From Tubiluchus corallicola (Eukaryota; Animalia; Priapulida): 64,000 nt of DNA. Shown piece by piece: positions 38,658 to 51,845 of the stretch. The DNA is taken from positions 17,774 to 81,773 of the forward strand of contig JAQGDQ010000905.1 of assembly GCA_030141605.1 (NCBI GenBank). Reading direction: 5' to 3'. Below the pieces are notes generated by a model, which was given only the letters and a program-made list of their open reading frames with translations, was not told the origin of the DNA and ran no database searches. How positions within the stretch are numbered: the first letter of the stretch is position 1; each line of letters starts with the position of its first letter. The position numbers and the translations under genes were made by a program.

Positions 38658-39912
38658 AGGTGAAATCATAACACTGTATGAAAACAGTACACAAAAGGTT
38701 TACACCAACATTGAGCAAGTGACCAGCCACCTAAAGCCTGGTGAAATCATAACACTGTATGAAAGCAGTGCACAAAAGATTTACATCAACATTGACCAAG
38801 TGACCAGCCACCTAAAGCCTGGTGAAATCATAACACTGTATGAAAACAGTACACAAAAGGTTTAAATCGACATTGACCAAGTGACCAGCCACCTAAAGCC
38901 TAGTGAAATCATAACACTGTATGAAAACAGTACACAAAGGTTTACATCAACATTGAGCAAGTGACCAGCCACCTAAAGCCTGGTGAAATCATAACACTGT
39001 ATGAAAGCAGTGCACAAAAGGTTTACATCAACATTGAGCAAGTGACCAGCCACCTAAAGCCTGGTGAAATCATAACACTGTATGAAAGCAGTGCACAAAA
39101 GATTTACATCAACATTGACCAAGTGACCAGCCACCTAAAGCCAGGTGAAATCATAACACTGTATGAAAGCAGTACACAAAAGGTTTACATCGACATTGAC
39201 CAAGTGACCAGCCACCTAAAGACTGGTGAAATCATAACACAGTATGAAAGCAGTACACAAAAGGTTTACATTAACATTGACCAAGTGACCAGCCACCTAA
39301 AGCCTGGTGAAATCATAACACTGTATGAAAACAGTACACAAAAGGTTTACATCGACATTGACCAAGTGACCAGCCACCTAAAGCCTGGTGAAATCATAAC
39401 ACTGTATGAAAGCAGTACACAAAAGGTTTACATCGACATTGACCAAGTGACCAGCCACCTAAAGCCTGGTGAAATCATAACACTGTATGAAAACAGTACA
39501 CAAAAGGTTTACATCGACATTGACCAAGTGACCAGCCACCTAAAGCCTGGTGAAATCATAACACTGTATGAAAGCAGTACACAAAAGGTTTACATGGACA
39601 TTGAGCAAGTGACCAGCCACCTAAAGCCTGGTGAAATCATAACACTGTATGAAAGCAGTACACAAAAGGTTTACATCGACATTGACCAAGTGACCAGCCA
39701 CCCAAAGCCTGGTGAACTCATAACACTGTATGAAAGCAGTACACAAAAGGTTTACATCGACATTGACCAAGTGACCAGCCACCTAAAGCCTGGTGAAATC
39801 ATAACACTGTATGAAAGCAGTACACAAAAGGTTTACATCGACATTGACCAAGTGACCAGCCACCTAAAACCTGGTGAAATCATAACACTGTATGAAAACA
39901 GTGCACAAAAGG
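38658..39912. repeat. 81-bp minisatellite, ~15 copies
   Basis: Unit gtgaccagccacctaaagcctggtgaaatcataacactgtatgaaagcagtacacaaaaggtttacatcgacattgaccaa. Confidence 0.96.
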
Positions 39913-40950
39913 TATATATATGTATAAATATGTCACTTACTGTACCGAGTACACAATTGTGGTATTTAATTGTCAGTCTACTACACTAAAGTACTGATTT
40001 AGTCTATGCTGCCATTTACACTCTAATTGTACAAAGTTTGTCAGAGAGAGACTTTTTGTTTCTAAATATTGTTTCCCATTGCTTTTAGAGATAGTCATTA
40101 ATCAGAGTAATTAGGTTTTATGTTAATCTCATATTATTAATTTCATGTTTTAATTCTGGTTCTAACTCTCTTATTCATATTTAAATAGAGAAAAATTATA
40201 ACACAGCTTTCTGTTAACCAATAATCTTTATTCTGCTATCAAAGAAGCCAAGTAGACTTTGATTTTGGTTTAACTAGTAGTCTGTAGAGTATAGCAGACC
40301 TTTCCATTTATGGTTTGTATGCATGAATGTCATGTACCTTCCAATAGGAACTTGTATGTCTGGTCATGTGATTACAGCTTTATTCTCTCAGGAATGCAAG
40401 TTCCAGTTGATCTAGAGACAGCATTGAGAAAGGATGCAAATTTTCTACTGTAAAATATCATATGGCTAACTTTATGACTGTTTGTTCAATTTATGGTCTG
40501 TGAACATTGTAGTTTTACAATAAAATGATTGTAAATTTCTACATCTGGTGTTGAAACCCGGGAAGTTCTGAGGATCAAAAGACAGCAATGTTAAAGGTTA
40601 TGTTCTTGAGTGCAAGGTTTTCTCAGTAAATTGTTTGTTGCTTTTAAGCCACTGTGTGTGGAGAGAATTTTTATGGCAATGAAACAAGTTATACAGTTAT
40701 ACAGTTATTCTACATTCCACCATCATCTGTGAATGTTGTATACGTTTTACAATAAAATGATTGCAAATTTCTACATCTGGTGCCCATTGTCCTCACACAT
40801 TTTTAAGTTTTGGAATAACAGCTTTCTAATATCCAAGACTAACACAGTTCTGTGTGTCATAATTATTGGTCATTCCAAATTACTGGTGAAAGCTGCTAGG
40901 TCAGTGAAGAGGATATAACAGTGTCTTTAAGGTTTGTCAAATTAATACAC

Positions 40951-42520
40951 AAATGAGCATAATTCTGAAACCTTAAGGAAACATGGGTAAATCTAATCCT
41001 AGCTAAAAATTCAAACACATTAGTATCTCATTCAACCTCCAATGTAGGAAAAGTTGAACACAATTGTATAAAAAAGTTTTTTTATCACAGGAAATTGCAG
41101 AGCAACAGGTGATGTATTGCAGTTACAGTAGAAAACAGAATATCTAAGCAAACTGTATTCCATCAACCATAAATAATAACTTATGAGGAGAACTGACTAG
41201 TTACTTAACAAAATGGAGCTACAAGCAGTGTCATAAATGCACTTTACAATGTACAGAGCAGCCCAAGCAGTGCTGACTCTGTAAACAGTTGCCAAGCCAT
41301 TTTCACACTGTTTAATCCTATAAAAAATCTAGCAACCATGGGATATCTGAAACAAGGGACTATCAGCTGTTCAGCAAAACAAAACAAAGGACTACCAGCT
41401 GTTCAGCAAAACAAAACAAAAGACTATCAGCTGTTCAGCAAAACAAAACAAAGGACCAACAGCTGTCCAGCAAAACAAAACAAAGGACTATCAGCTGTTC
41501 AGCAAAACAAAACAAAGGACTATCAGCTGTTCAGCAAAACAAAACAAAGGACCAACAGCTGTCCAGCAAAACAAAACAAAGGACTATCAGCTGTTCAGCA
41601 AAACAAAACAAAGGACTATCAGCTGTTCAGCAAAACAAAACAAAGGACCAACAGCTGTCCAGCAAAACAAAACAAAGGACTATCAGCTGTTCAGCAAAAC
41701 AAAACAAAGGACTATCAGCTGTTCAGCAAAACAAAACAAAGGACCAACAGCTGTCCAGCAAAACAAAACAAAGGACTATCAGCTGTTCAGCAAAACAAAA
41801 CAAAGGACTATCAGCTGTCCAGCAAAACAAAACAAAGGACTATCAGCTGTCCAGCAAAACAAAACAAAAGACTATTAGCTGTTCAGCAAAACAAAACAAA
41901 AGACTATCAGCTGTTCAGCAAAACAAAACAAAAGACTATCAGCTGTTCAGCAAAACATTACTGTGTTGTTTTGTCAGAGAGTCTGTAAGACTGTGAGAGT
42001 CTACAGAGCAACATGTCACATAATGTATTGGAAGCATGAAATGTGCTGTGCTGCCATTAAGTGCAGCAGTGTAGTATCTTCAGCAAGAAAGCAGTGTCAT
42101 AAACAACACTTTGCAGTGTACAGTGCAGTGCAAGTGGTGCTGACTGTAAAACCTTGCAAAGCTGTTTTTCACTTAACCCAAACAAATGTCTTGCAACAGC
42201 AAGTGAAACAATTGAAGCTATTCTGCTCTACTCTGATTAGGATGCTGAGGAAGCGGAACTAGATAAAGTTTTGGGACCGAAACTAGTGCTTTCTGTTTTG
42301 CTTCCATTCTGGTAAAGCTGTTCCTGTAAGCAATGGAAAAGTACTTGATTAAAGCCATGCGAAAAATTCATAAAATTTTCCGGAAATATCCTTGCAATTT
42401 TAAGCAATAAATCAGCTCTGCAAATGAGCATCCTCTTAACCCCTTCAGGACCGCACCATTCAAAATAGGTCTTATAACACCCACGACCTTTTTGCTACTG
42501 TATATAACTAGATGATTCAA
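40951..42520. repeat. Long direct repeat A, copy 1 (includes a 32-bp minisatellite at 41356-41958)
   Basis: Colinear with 47516-48960 starting at aaatgagcataattctgaaaccttaagg; minisatellite unit cagctgttcagcaaaacaaaacaaaggactat; more diverged fragment at ~31400-31590. Confidence 0.9.
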
Positions 42521-43509
42521 GAGCTAAGGCTTCACAAAGTTGAAAAAACTGATTTTTTTCTTATAAGTTTAAAGTATGGTACCAGCATGTGTATGGTGTC
42601 CACAAAATTGGCTGCATATGGTACATCATTGGGTAGAGAATTCATTGCACTATCATAACTGTATCATAACTGGGCACCTTGTTGACAGATGGCACTTCCA
42701 TGTTCATTAATGTAAAGGTTCTGTCACATAAGCGAATACCTTAGTTTCAATTAAAAAATTTCTTATTAGCAGCATAACGAACAATCCGATGTATTGCTAG
42801 ACTGGCAGTGTACTGCTATTTAACTAATATATTGCATTATTTCTACTATCATTTGACGAAAAATTAGACTGGCGAAATGATGAGCTGTGCCTTGGCGAAA
42901 ATGACCACACCCTCAAAATTTCAGATTAAAAAATATTGTGATCTGTGTATGGACACATGTTCAGAGACACAATGAGGAAAATGAGCAAATGATCTATACA
43001 GCTATAGACCAGCAAACAAAATAGGTAATGGAGTAATACAGATCCAGATACAGATTTTTCCAATCAAATGTAGATGATGGTAACTTGAAAAGGGACAAAA
43101 AAATGCCTACAGAAAAGGGTATTGTTTGTAGTGAGTATTCATATAGTCAGTAGTCTGAGATTGTGGTTGTTAGTGTGTTAGAATTGTTTTTGTTGGTGCT
43201 TGCTTTGATGAGTTTTCAAAAGTGGTAAAGTTTTCAACGTACTTTCTCATGTGCTTGTTATTGGTTAGGTAGCTAATGTTATGTAATGTAAGCTTTATTT
43301 TTTGTTTCAGTGGAGTTGTCATCTTGTTTTGTCTTTGTTGACACCAATTGTTATGGAGCTTAACTCTTTAAAATAAGGTATTTCATTTTATTGCTTATTT
43401 TAATTTGGTTGATTTGATATCATTGTGAAGTGTTTGTTCGTGTGACTGTTTGTAGTTAAAGTAATTGTGAGGTTACATTATTGTGATGATGAATTTGTTC
43501 TTTAATTAG

Positions 43510-44065
43510 GGATGAGGAGTTGTTGTCTGGGCTGCTTAGGGATTTGAAGTCGGGAGGAGAACGGGATTCTGGGTTTTCCATGTCATCAGGAGTCGAAAGA
43601 GGATCATCGCGCAGGGTCCGTGGCGGGTTAGCTGACAAGGAGAATGGAACTGGTAACTTATTTAATTATTTCAATAAAGAGGGTCTCACAGGTCAAGTTG
43701 TGATGCAGAAGTCATCTTCTTTGTCGGTTCGGGAAAGTTTGTCAGTTAAAAGACATCCTAAAATTGTTTCGGCAAAGGATGGTTATCAAAATTTGGGTAC
43801 AGTTAGTGTAGTTGGTGCTAGTGGTAGCAAGCGTTCTCCTCCTTCTGTGTGTTCGTCTTCGGGATTTTTAGGTGAGAGAGCAGGTAACCAAAGGATAGTG
43901 TCTCGTTATAATTCTAAAACAGGTTCGTTGGAGTTAAGGCCGAAAAATCCTGCAATATCCTATGATGATCATAATGAAATTGTGTCATTTGATGAGGGTG
44001 GTTCAGTAGAAAAGCCAACGGGGGAGGTTAGTAAGAGGGGTGTGGGGAGTTTGCGCAAATCTGGG
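43510..44065 (+). mobile_element. Copy 2 of the PLE-associated upstream ORF (3' half deleted)
   Basis: ELLSGLLRDLKSGG...SRYNSKTGSLELRPKNPAISYDDHNEIV; homologous to copies 1 and 3. Confidence 0.75.
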
Positions 44066-44235
44066 TTAGTTAGTAAGAGTAGGGCATTTTTCTTAATTAA
44101 TCTTAATTCTTCTTAGCGATTTTTTTTTGCTATTCTATTTGATTGTTTTAATTTTGCATGTATGCTTTATTTTTGATGTTGTTGAGTAAATGTTGCTTAT
44201 AATTGTTTTAAACAAATTTTTTACATTTTTCACAG

Positions 44236-46628
44236 AGTTTGCTAAGTCGTTCGGGGCTGCCTTTGTTGGAGACTGATGTGGTAGGGTCAAATTTTTTTGG
44301 TTTGGTGAGTGATTTGTTTAATGGTAGCGTGGATTCCTTTCATGTAGCGTACGAGCAGGATGTGGTAAGAAAGTATACTTCCTTTTATCGAAAGCATGTG
44401 TTCTTTTAATGTTTTAGTGTTTTTTTATGTAGTTGCCTTGGTCAAGTCGAGTGCTTTTTATGTGAGTGCAGTGTTAAGGCATAAGTACAATTCCGAAAGT
44501 TTAACTAATAGTTTAAGTTTTCGATGTGGTGGTGTGCTTTCTTTGGAGGATCGTGATTCCGTAGAGTCTAATGTCGACACTTTACGAAGTTTGGTTTGGC
44601 TTGAAGGGGATGCATATAGGAATTTACATGGTCATAAATTTATGTTGGATAAAAAAGATGGCAAGCATATACTTACCTAGATTAGTTAAGAAGAGAAATT
44701 CTGTTTCGTATGGTCGTTTATCACGAGCATTGAGATCGCTGGAGAGTTGTATTATTGATGGATATTATCGAGGCTTAAGGTCAGTTGAGCGTGATGCTGA
44801 GAAGGATCGTGTAAATAGTGGGTTAACATCTCTGGTTCATAATTTTACTGGCCAGAAATTAAGTAAGGAGCAAGTTGATTTTTTAAGTCAGGGCAATGGT
44901 TTTGTACCTAAAACACCTGTTCAGGTAAATAAATTAATTCAGACTTTAAAAGAATCTGTAGAGACTGCTCTGCTAAAGTATATTTTACGTTTGTTAAATA
45001 TATGGAAAAAACCAGCTAGATTTACAAGAGTGGAGATACTGAGGTATTTAAGTCATCCTGATTTAGCAAAATCTGCAAAGATAGAGATTACAAATATTTT
45101 ATTTAAGTTAGATAGGGAGATAAGCAGAATTGAGCATTATGGGTTAAGCACTCTAAAGGGTTCTTCAGTTTATAGAACATCTGAGATTATTAATGGTTTG
45201 AAAAAATTGGCTAGGCGTAATGGTTCAGTTATTCGCACAGCTGATAAGAATTGTGATTTTTCAGTAAATTGTTTGGAGTATTATCGCAGGGAGTATGATC
45301 GTCAGCTTTCTCAATCTTGTTATGAAAGGTGTAGCTTGAAGGTGGCTCAGGTTGTAGCGGAGTGCAGGAGTCATGTTGAGTTTTCTGTGCGAATGCATAT
45401 TGCTCGGATTAAGCGTATCAAGAACTATATTGATGTTTCTGGCAGGGAGGTTTATTTACCTAAAGTGAGCGAGGCTGATGCAGTAATATGTTCAGAAAGG
45501 AGTTGTAATGTTCCATTTAAACTGAGTTTCAGTTGAAGTGTAGGCCTAATATTACTGGCTATGATGCAGTGAATTTGGAGTTAAGTGAATTAGTTGGTAA
45601 GAAGTTAGAAAAGATAAATGAGGCATTGCTCGAGAGGACGCAGTCTGCATTTGTGGTACGGACTCTTGTTACAAATAGTTCTAGGGCGGTTGCTGTTTTG
45701 AAAACTTTGGATATCTCGCTTCGCTTGGCAATAGTGGAGTTTGACTTTGCTGAATTATATACTAATGTGAGTCATGTTGATGTACATTCTAGTGTCAAGT
45801 CAAGCTTGCTTATGTTGGGTGTTGATTTTTATGATATAGAGTCTTTTTTGCTTCTTTTGGATGAGTCCATAGATCAGAATTATTTTAGGGTGGGGATTAC
45901 ATATATAGGCAGGTTTCAGGTTTATTTATGGGTTCTAAGAGTTCTCTGGCAGCTGTCAATAATGTTTTGATATTTTCTGAGTATAGGTTATATAAGGATC
46001 AATCCAATTTAATAAGCAACGTGAAGTTCTTTAAAAGGTATGTGGATTCTGGCTTAGCTTTGGTACATTTGATTATCTTTTGATGTTTTTGGATGTCATT
46101 ACGCAGTATCTTTAGAAATAAAAATTGGGATTCGATCGTGCCGTATTCCTGGATTTGGAATTACGTTTGTCAGGTACTAGGGGAAGGAGGGCATTGATTT
46201 ATACGCATGTGAAACCTCAGAATCCTATGGTTTATTTGCATTATGACTCAAATCATCCTGAATTTGTCTTTAAAGGTTTTTGTCTTACGGAGAGTGTGAG
46301 GAATGATCGCATTTGTAATGATTATGTGGAGTTTCATCATAGGATGGAGGTCTTTTCTTCGCGTTTGCGATGTCTGGGTTATCCTGCTTCTGTTATTCGC
46401 TCTCATGTAGGAAATGTTGGCAATATTCAGGCTGCTTCATCGTCGAGAATTCGTAACGGTGATTTTAGGGTGTTCTATAATTGTTTGTTTGATGCTGTTA
46501 CAGGGGTGTCGTCCATGGTTAGTCGCATGCTAAGGTTGAATGGGGTTATGCAGGCTAATTCCCTAAATGGTAAATTTGCGAAATGTTTTATTTCAAAAGG
46601 CATCCTTTACGAGAGCTTTGGATTATAG
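44236..46628 (+). mobile_element. Penelope-like element reverse transcriptase (frameshifted pseudogene), no C-terminal GIY-YIG
   Basis: PLE motifs in order: HNFTGQKLSKEQVDFLSQGNGFVP, ADKN, CRPNI, DFAELYTNV, NYF, MGS, RYVD, FLDL, KP...YLHYDSNHP..KG...E..R..RIC, L..LGYP; stop at 46628. Confidence 0.88.
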
Positions 46629-46900
46629 GCCTGCTTCTGGTAGCTAGAAATAATTGGAAATAATTTGTTAAGGTAGTTTAGTCTTTGGTTGTGTGTATTG
46701 ACTTAGCTATGATGTTTTGTTTAAATGTGTAGGTTTGTGAGGTTGCTGCTGTTGTATTTATTGTTGAGTTCTTTGTTTTGTTTATGTGCTTAGGTTTTTG
46801 GTTTGTGTCTGCTATTTGTGGTCTGGTGGTTTTATATTCTTGAGCAGATTTGGTGTCTCTTTTTGTATGGAAAAAATAAATAAATAAAAATAAAATATGA

Positions 46901-46941
<41 letters not shown>

Positions 46942-47515
46942 TATATATAGTTAGTGTTTGGATATTATGGTAGTGCATGTTGTTTAGAGTTTTGGTGTTG
47001 CTTTTTTAGGTTTAAGGTTTTGTTTTGCGTCATTGTGTTTTCTAAAATGTAAGGCTATACGTGTTTGCAAAGTAAACCTTATAATTTTTAAAATAAATTT
47101 TCTAGGTACTTAAACTTTGAGAGTTTTTTCCAAAGATTACTTTTCTAACAAATTTCATAAGGCACTGGTTAATATTTTGAAAGTTTTGTTTTGTAAAAAT
47201 TATAATTGAATATGATTGATTTTAACAATTAGTTTGCTTTAAATTGCTTTACTAGAACTTTTCTTTGTAAGGAACATTTATAAAATAAGATATTGCTTTC
47301 TTGAGTTATCATAAAGAAATACTTGAGGTTGCAGTATCCAGTTAGTTAGGGAAACAGTTGTGAGTTATAAGATTTTTTAGCATTTCCAAACTATTTTCAG
47401 GCGACTACACGATAAGAATGTTAAAAACCGATAAAAACGAGTGTCCAACTTATTTAGTGTTTGTTTTTGTGAGATGACTAACAATTTTCTTTTTCTAGAT
47501 TTGAAGTATTCTGAA

Positions 47516-48960
47516 AATGAGCATAATTCTGAAACCTTAAGGAACGTGGAAACATGGGTAAATCTAGTCCTGGCTGAAAATTCAAACACGTTAGTATCTC
47601 ATTCAACCTCCAATGTAGGAAAAGTTGAACACAATTGTATAAAAAAGTTTTTTTATCACAGGATACTGCAGAACAACAGGTGATGTATTGTAGTTACAGT
47701 AGAAAACAGAATATCTAAGCAAACTGTATTCCATCAACCATAACTAATAACTTATCAGGAGACCTGACTAGTTAAGTAACAAAATGGAGCTACAAGCAGT
47801 GTCATAAATGCACTTTACAATGTACAGTGCAGCCCAAGCAGTGCTGACTCTGTAAACAGTTGCCAAGCCATTTTCACACTGTTTAGTCGTATAAAAAAAT
47901 CTAGCAATCACGGATATCTGAAACAAGGGACTATCAGCTGTTCAGCAAAACAAAACAAGGGACTATCAGCTGTCCAACAAAACAAAACAAAGGACTACCA
48001 GCTGTTCAGCAAAACAAAACAAAGGACTATCAGCTGTTCAGCAAAACAAAACAAAGGACCAACAGCTGTCCAGCAAAACAAAACAAAGGACTATCAGCTG
48101 TTCAGCAAAACAAAACAAAGGACTATCAGCTGTCCAGCAAAACAAAACAAAGGACTACCAGCTGTTCAGCAAAACAAAACAAAGGACTATCAGCTGTTCA
48201 GCAAAACAAAACAAAGGACCAACAGCTGTTCAGCAAAACAAAACAAAGGACTATCAGCTGTTCAGCAAAACAAAACAAAGGACTATCAGCTGTCCAGCAA
48301 AACAAAACAAAGGACTATCTGCTGTCCAGCAAAACAAAACAAGACTATCAGCTGTTCAGCAAAACATTACTGTGTTGTTTTGTCAGAGAGTCTGTAAGAC
48401 TGTGAGAGTCTACAGAGCAACAGGTCACGTTGTTTTGGAAGCATGAAATGTGCTGCCATTAAATGCAGCAGTGTAGCATCTTCAGCAAGAAAGCAGTGTC
48501 ATAAACAACACTTTGCAGTGTACAGTGCAGTGCAAGTAGTGCTGACTGTAAAACCTTGCAAAGCTGTTTTTCACTGCTTAACCCAAACAAATGTCTTGCA
48601 ACCGCAAGTGAAACAATTGAAGCTATTCTACTCTACTCTGCTCTGATTAGGGCGCTAAGGAAGCGAAACTAGATCAGGTTTTGGAACCGAAACTAGTGCT
48701 TCCTGTTTTGCTTCGATACTGGTAAAACTGTTCCTGTAAGCAATGGAACAGTACTTGATTAAAGCCATGCGAAAAATTCATAAAATTTTCCAGAAATATC
48801 CTTGCAATTTTAAGCAATAAATCAGCTCTGCTGAGCTCTGCAAATGAGCATCCTCTTAACTCCTTCAGGACCGCACCATTCAAAATAGGTCTTATAAGAT
48901 CCACTACCTTTTTGTTACTGTACCAGCACGTACATTACTAGATGATTACAAATTAAGTAC
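47516..48960. repeat. Long direct repeat A, copy 2 (includes the 32-bp minisatellite at 47925-48365)
   Basis: See copy 1; followed at 49078-49146 by sequence matching 42970-43036. Confidence 0.9.
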
Positions 48961-49145
48961 TGTTCTATTCAGGAGAATCTCTGCTATTTAATCATGCTAT
49001 TTGTTTAAACATTTATATGCGTTTCAATTGGATAAAATTCCAAAAACATACCCTGTTCAGGCAAACATTATGTGTATACAATGAGGAAAATGAGCAAACG
49101 ATCTATACAGCTATGGACCAGCAAACAAAATAGGCAATGGAGTAA

Positions 49146-50330
49146 TGGGTCGCACAGAGCAGGTTGTCATGCGGAAGGCAGCATCTTTGTCATTCCAGGA
49201 AAGCTTATCTGTTAAGAGACATACTCAAGTTGTTTTCAAAAGTTGGGTACAGTTAGTGTAGTTGGTGCTAGTGGTAGCAAGCGTTCTCCTTCTGTGTGTT
49301 CCTCTTCGGGATTTTTAGGGAAGAGAGCAGGTAACGAAAGGATAGTGTCTCATTATAATTCCAAGATAGGTTCATTAGAGTTAAAGCAGAAGAATCCTGC
49401 AATATCCTATGATGATCATAATGAAATTGTGTCATTTGATGAGGGTGGTTCAGCAGAAATGCCAAAAGGGAAGATTGGTAAGAGGGGGAGGGCAGTTTGC
49501 ACGAATCCAGATTTGTGGATGAGGTTGGTGGTTCGTTAGTTGATAAGGATGTGCAGACTGAGGCAATATTAGACTGAAAGATAGATTCAATTTTAAGGGC
49601 TATGAAGAATTTTTTGAAAGAGGAGTCTGTAGGGGGTAAGACGCATGAAGTGGGGGAGGGATACGTATTCGTTATAGTGGTCAGAAGATAGATAATTATC
49701 TTGTTAAGAGAAGTGCAAATAAGTATGAAGATCAGACTGAGATGTCAAAAGGGACTTGGCAGGTGAAGCCCAAACATTATAACCTTAGTAGGGAGAGTTT
49801 AGCTTTTTTAGATAAACAGTGTCCTGATTTGAAGTACGATGCATCCGTGTTATTTAGTTTATTTGATTCGGCAGATAAAGATGACAGATTATTACTAGCT
49901 CGTTTTCATGGCATTTTGCATAAGATGGAGACATGGGGGGGATGCATATGAGGGTTTCTTCTTTAAGTTCTAGTATATTGAAACAAGCAGAGGAGTTTGC
50001 TCAGTTAAGTCGCGGTTATAGTTGTACCTATGATTCGTTATTAGTTGAGATCAGGAGTTTAATTTCTTTAATGAAAGCAGGGAGGTGTAAGGAAAAGTAG
50101 TTTGGGAGGCTAATTAAGTAGACCAATTATGGTTATTTTAATTTGTCTGTTATTAGATTGTATTTTAATTGATACGATTTGCACTTTATTTGGTCTTTAA
50201 TTTGTTCTTGTTATTTGTGTGACCTTTTTTATTATTTTAATTTTTGTGCATGGTGTTTGGTTGATTTATTGTTGATGAAACTGGTACTTAAAGTTGGTTT
50301 GATTTTTTTAAGATTTGGGCATTTTTCTTA
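49146..50330 (+). mobile_element. Copy 3 of the PLE-associated upstream ORF, interrupted downstream by a LINE
   Basis: Same motifs as copy 1, ending ISLMKAGRCKEK*, followed by a T-rich spacer. Confidence 0.75.
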
Positions 50331-50338
50331 ATTGGTCA

Positions 50339-51845
50339 GGTGGACCAGACAGTCTCAAGTCAGAGCATTTTAGATATGCCTCTCACGTGTTACCAGTTTT
50401 GTTCGCATTGTTTTATAACTCTTGTATCACTCATTGTTTCTTACCAGACTCACTAATGTTATCAGTAATTGTGCCACTTATTAAAGACAAAAATAGAGAT
50501 ATAACAGACAGAAATAACTTCAGACCCATCGCGTTATCTTCTGTCTCTAGTAAACTTTTAGAAATTGTTGTATTGACTCGTTATGCCGATTGTTTACCTG
50601 CCACACCCAACCAGTTTGGTTATGTGGAGAACTTGGGTACTGAGTTATGTATTAACATGTTAAAAGAAGTAGTAGACTATTATATAGACTGCCAGAGTAC
50701 TGTACATATAATGTTTTTAGACGCCTCCAAAGCCTTCGATAGAATTAATTATTTTAAACTGTTTTTAAAACTCATTGAAACTGAGATTCCAAATGTTGTT
50801 GTTCGTTTACTTGTTTTCTATTACACCCATCAAGACATGCTGGTGAGATGGGGCAATTATAGCTCTGAGGTTTTTAAAGTTGGCAATGGTGTACGACAGG
50901 GAGGAAAGATGTCCCCTCTTCTGTTTAATTTCTACTTTAGAGAACTTAGTGAAAATCTAGCCTCTAGTAATCTTGGATGTCAAATTGCAGATATTTATTA
51001 CAATCATTTGACATATGCTGACGATATTTGCCTATTAAGTACCACGACAACTGCTCTGAAGAAATTATGTGATATATATGTTGATTATGCAGCAAAATTT
51101 GATATTTTAATTAATGTTGACAAAACTAAGCTTCTGACTATAACGTCTTCCATTATGAGCAACTTTGAGTTCGGAACAGTTAAGTTAGCTGGATCGGTTA
51201 TTGAGCCTTGTGATAATGAAAAATATCTTGGTCACATCATTTCTAGGGACAACAGGGACGATCTACGACAAGTAGGCATTTATTACTCTCGAGCAAATAA
51301 GCTATGCCGTAAATTTTACTATTGCACCAATGCTGTAAAAACACGTCTATTCAATACTTATTCTAATAGCTTCTACTGTATAGCCACCTGGCGGCATTTT
51401 CATAATTATAATCTGAACAAACTTAAAGTTGCTCATAATAAATCAATGCGAAAATTTTTCAATTACCAGTTCGATCACAGTGCTATGGCCATTTCTGTGA
51501 CGCATAAATTAGTGTACTTTGATGTTATTTACAGGAAAAGCATTTACAGTCTGGATACTAGAATTTCAAACAGTAAAAACTTGTTGTGTAGAACGATATT
51601 TGGTAGTGATATTTTATTTACTTCTAGTATAAGAAAGATGTGGAGAATAAAATTGTATGCTTAATTTTTTACATATTCATTGATATAATGATTGAAGCAA
51701 TGCGAAATGTTATTATTATCATTATTATTTTTTGTAATGTTGTTTTTGCGTTGTGTTTACATTGTGTCGTTTATTTACTTGTATTTTTGTTGTATATATA
51801 TGAACGAAAGTTTGAAATAAAGAAGTAAATCAATTAAATCAAATC
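50339..51845 (+). mobile_element. 5'-truncated non-LTR retrotransposon (RTE-X-like) with an open RT ORF to 51664
   Basis: GPDSL...NFRPIAL...QFG...FLDASKAFD...GVRQGG.MSP.LF...YADD...KYLG; AATAAA and a short repeat tail at ~51815-51845; clade assignment tentative. Confidence 0.92.

Noticed and set aside
41338-41988. 216-aa K/Q-rich ORF
   Set aside because: It is the translation of the 32-bp minisatellite cycling through three frames
43570-43595. Minus-strand CTGATGA-CATG-GAAA, a possible minimal hammerhead
   Set aside because: Lies antisense inside the ORF, has no convincing flanking stems, and is absent from the homologous position in copy 1
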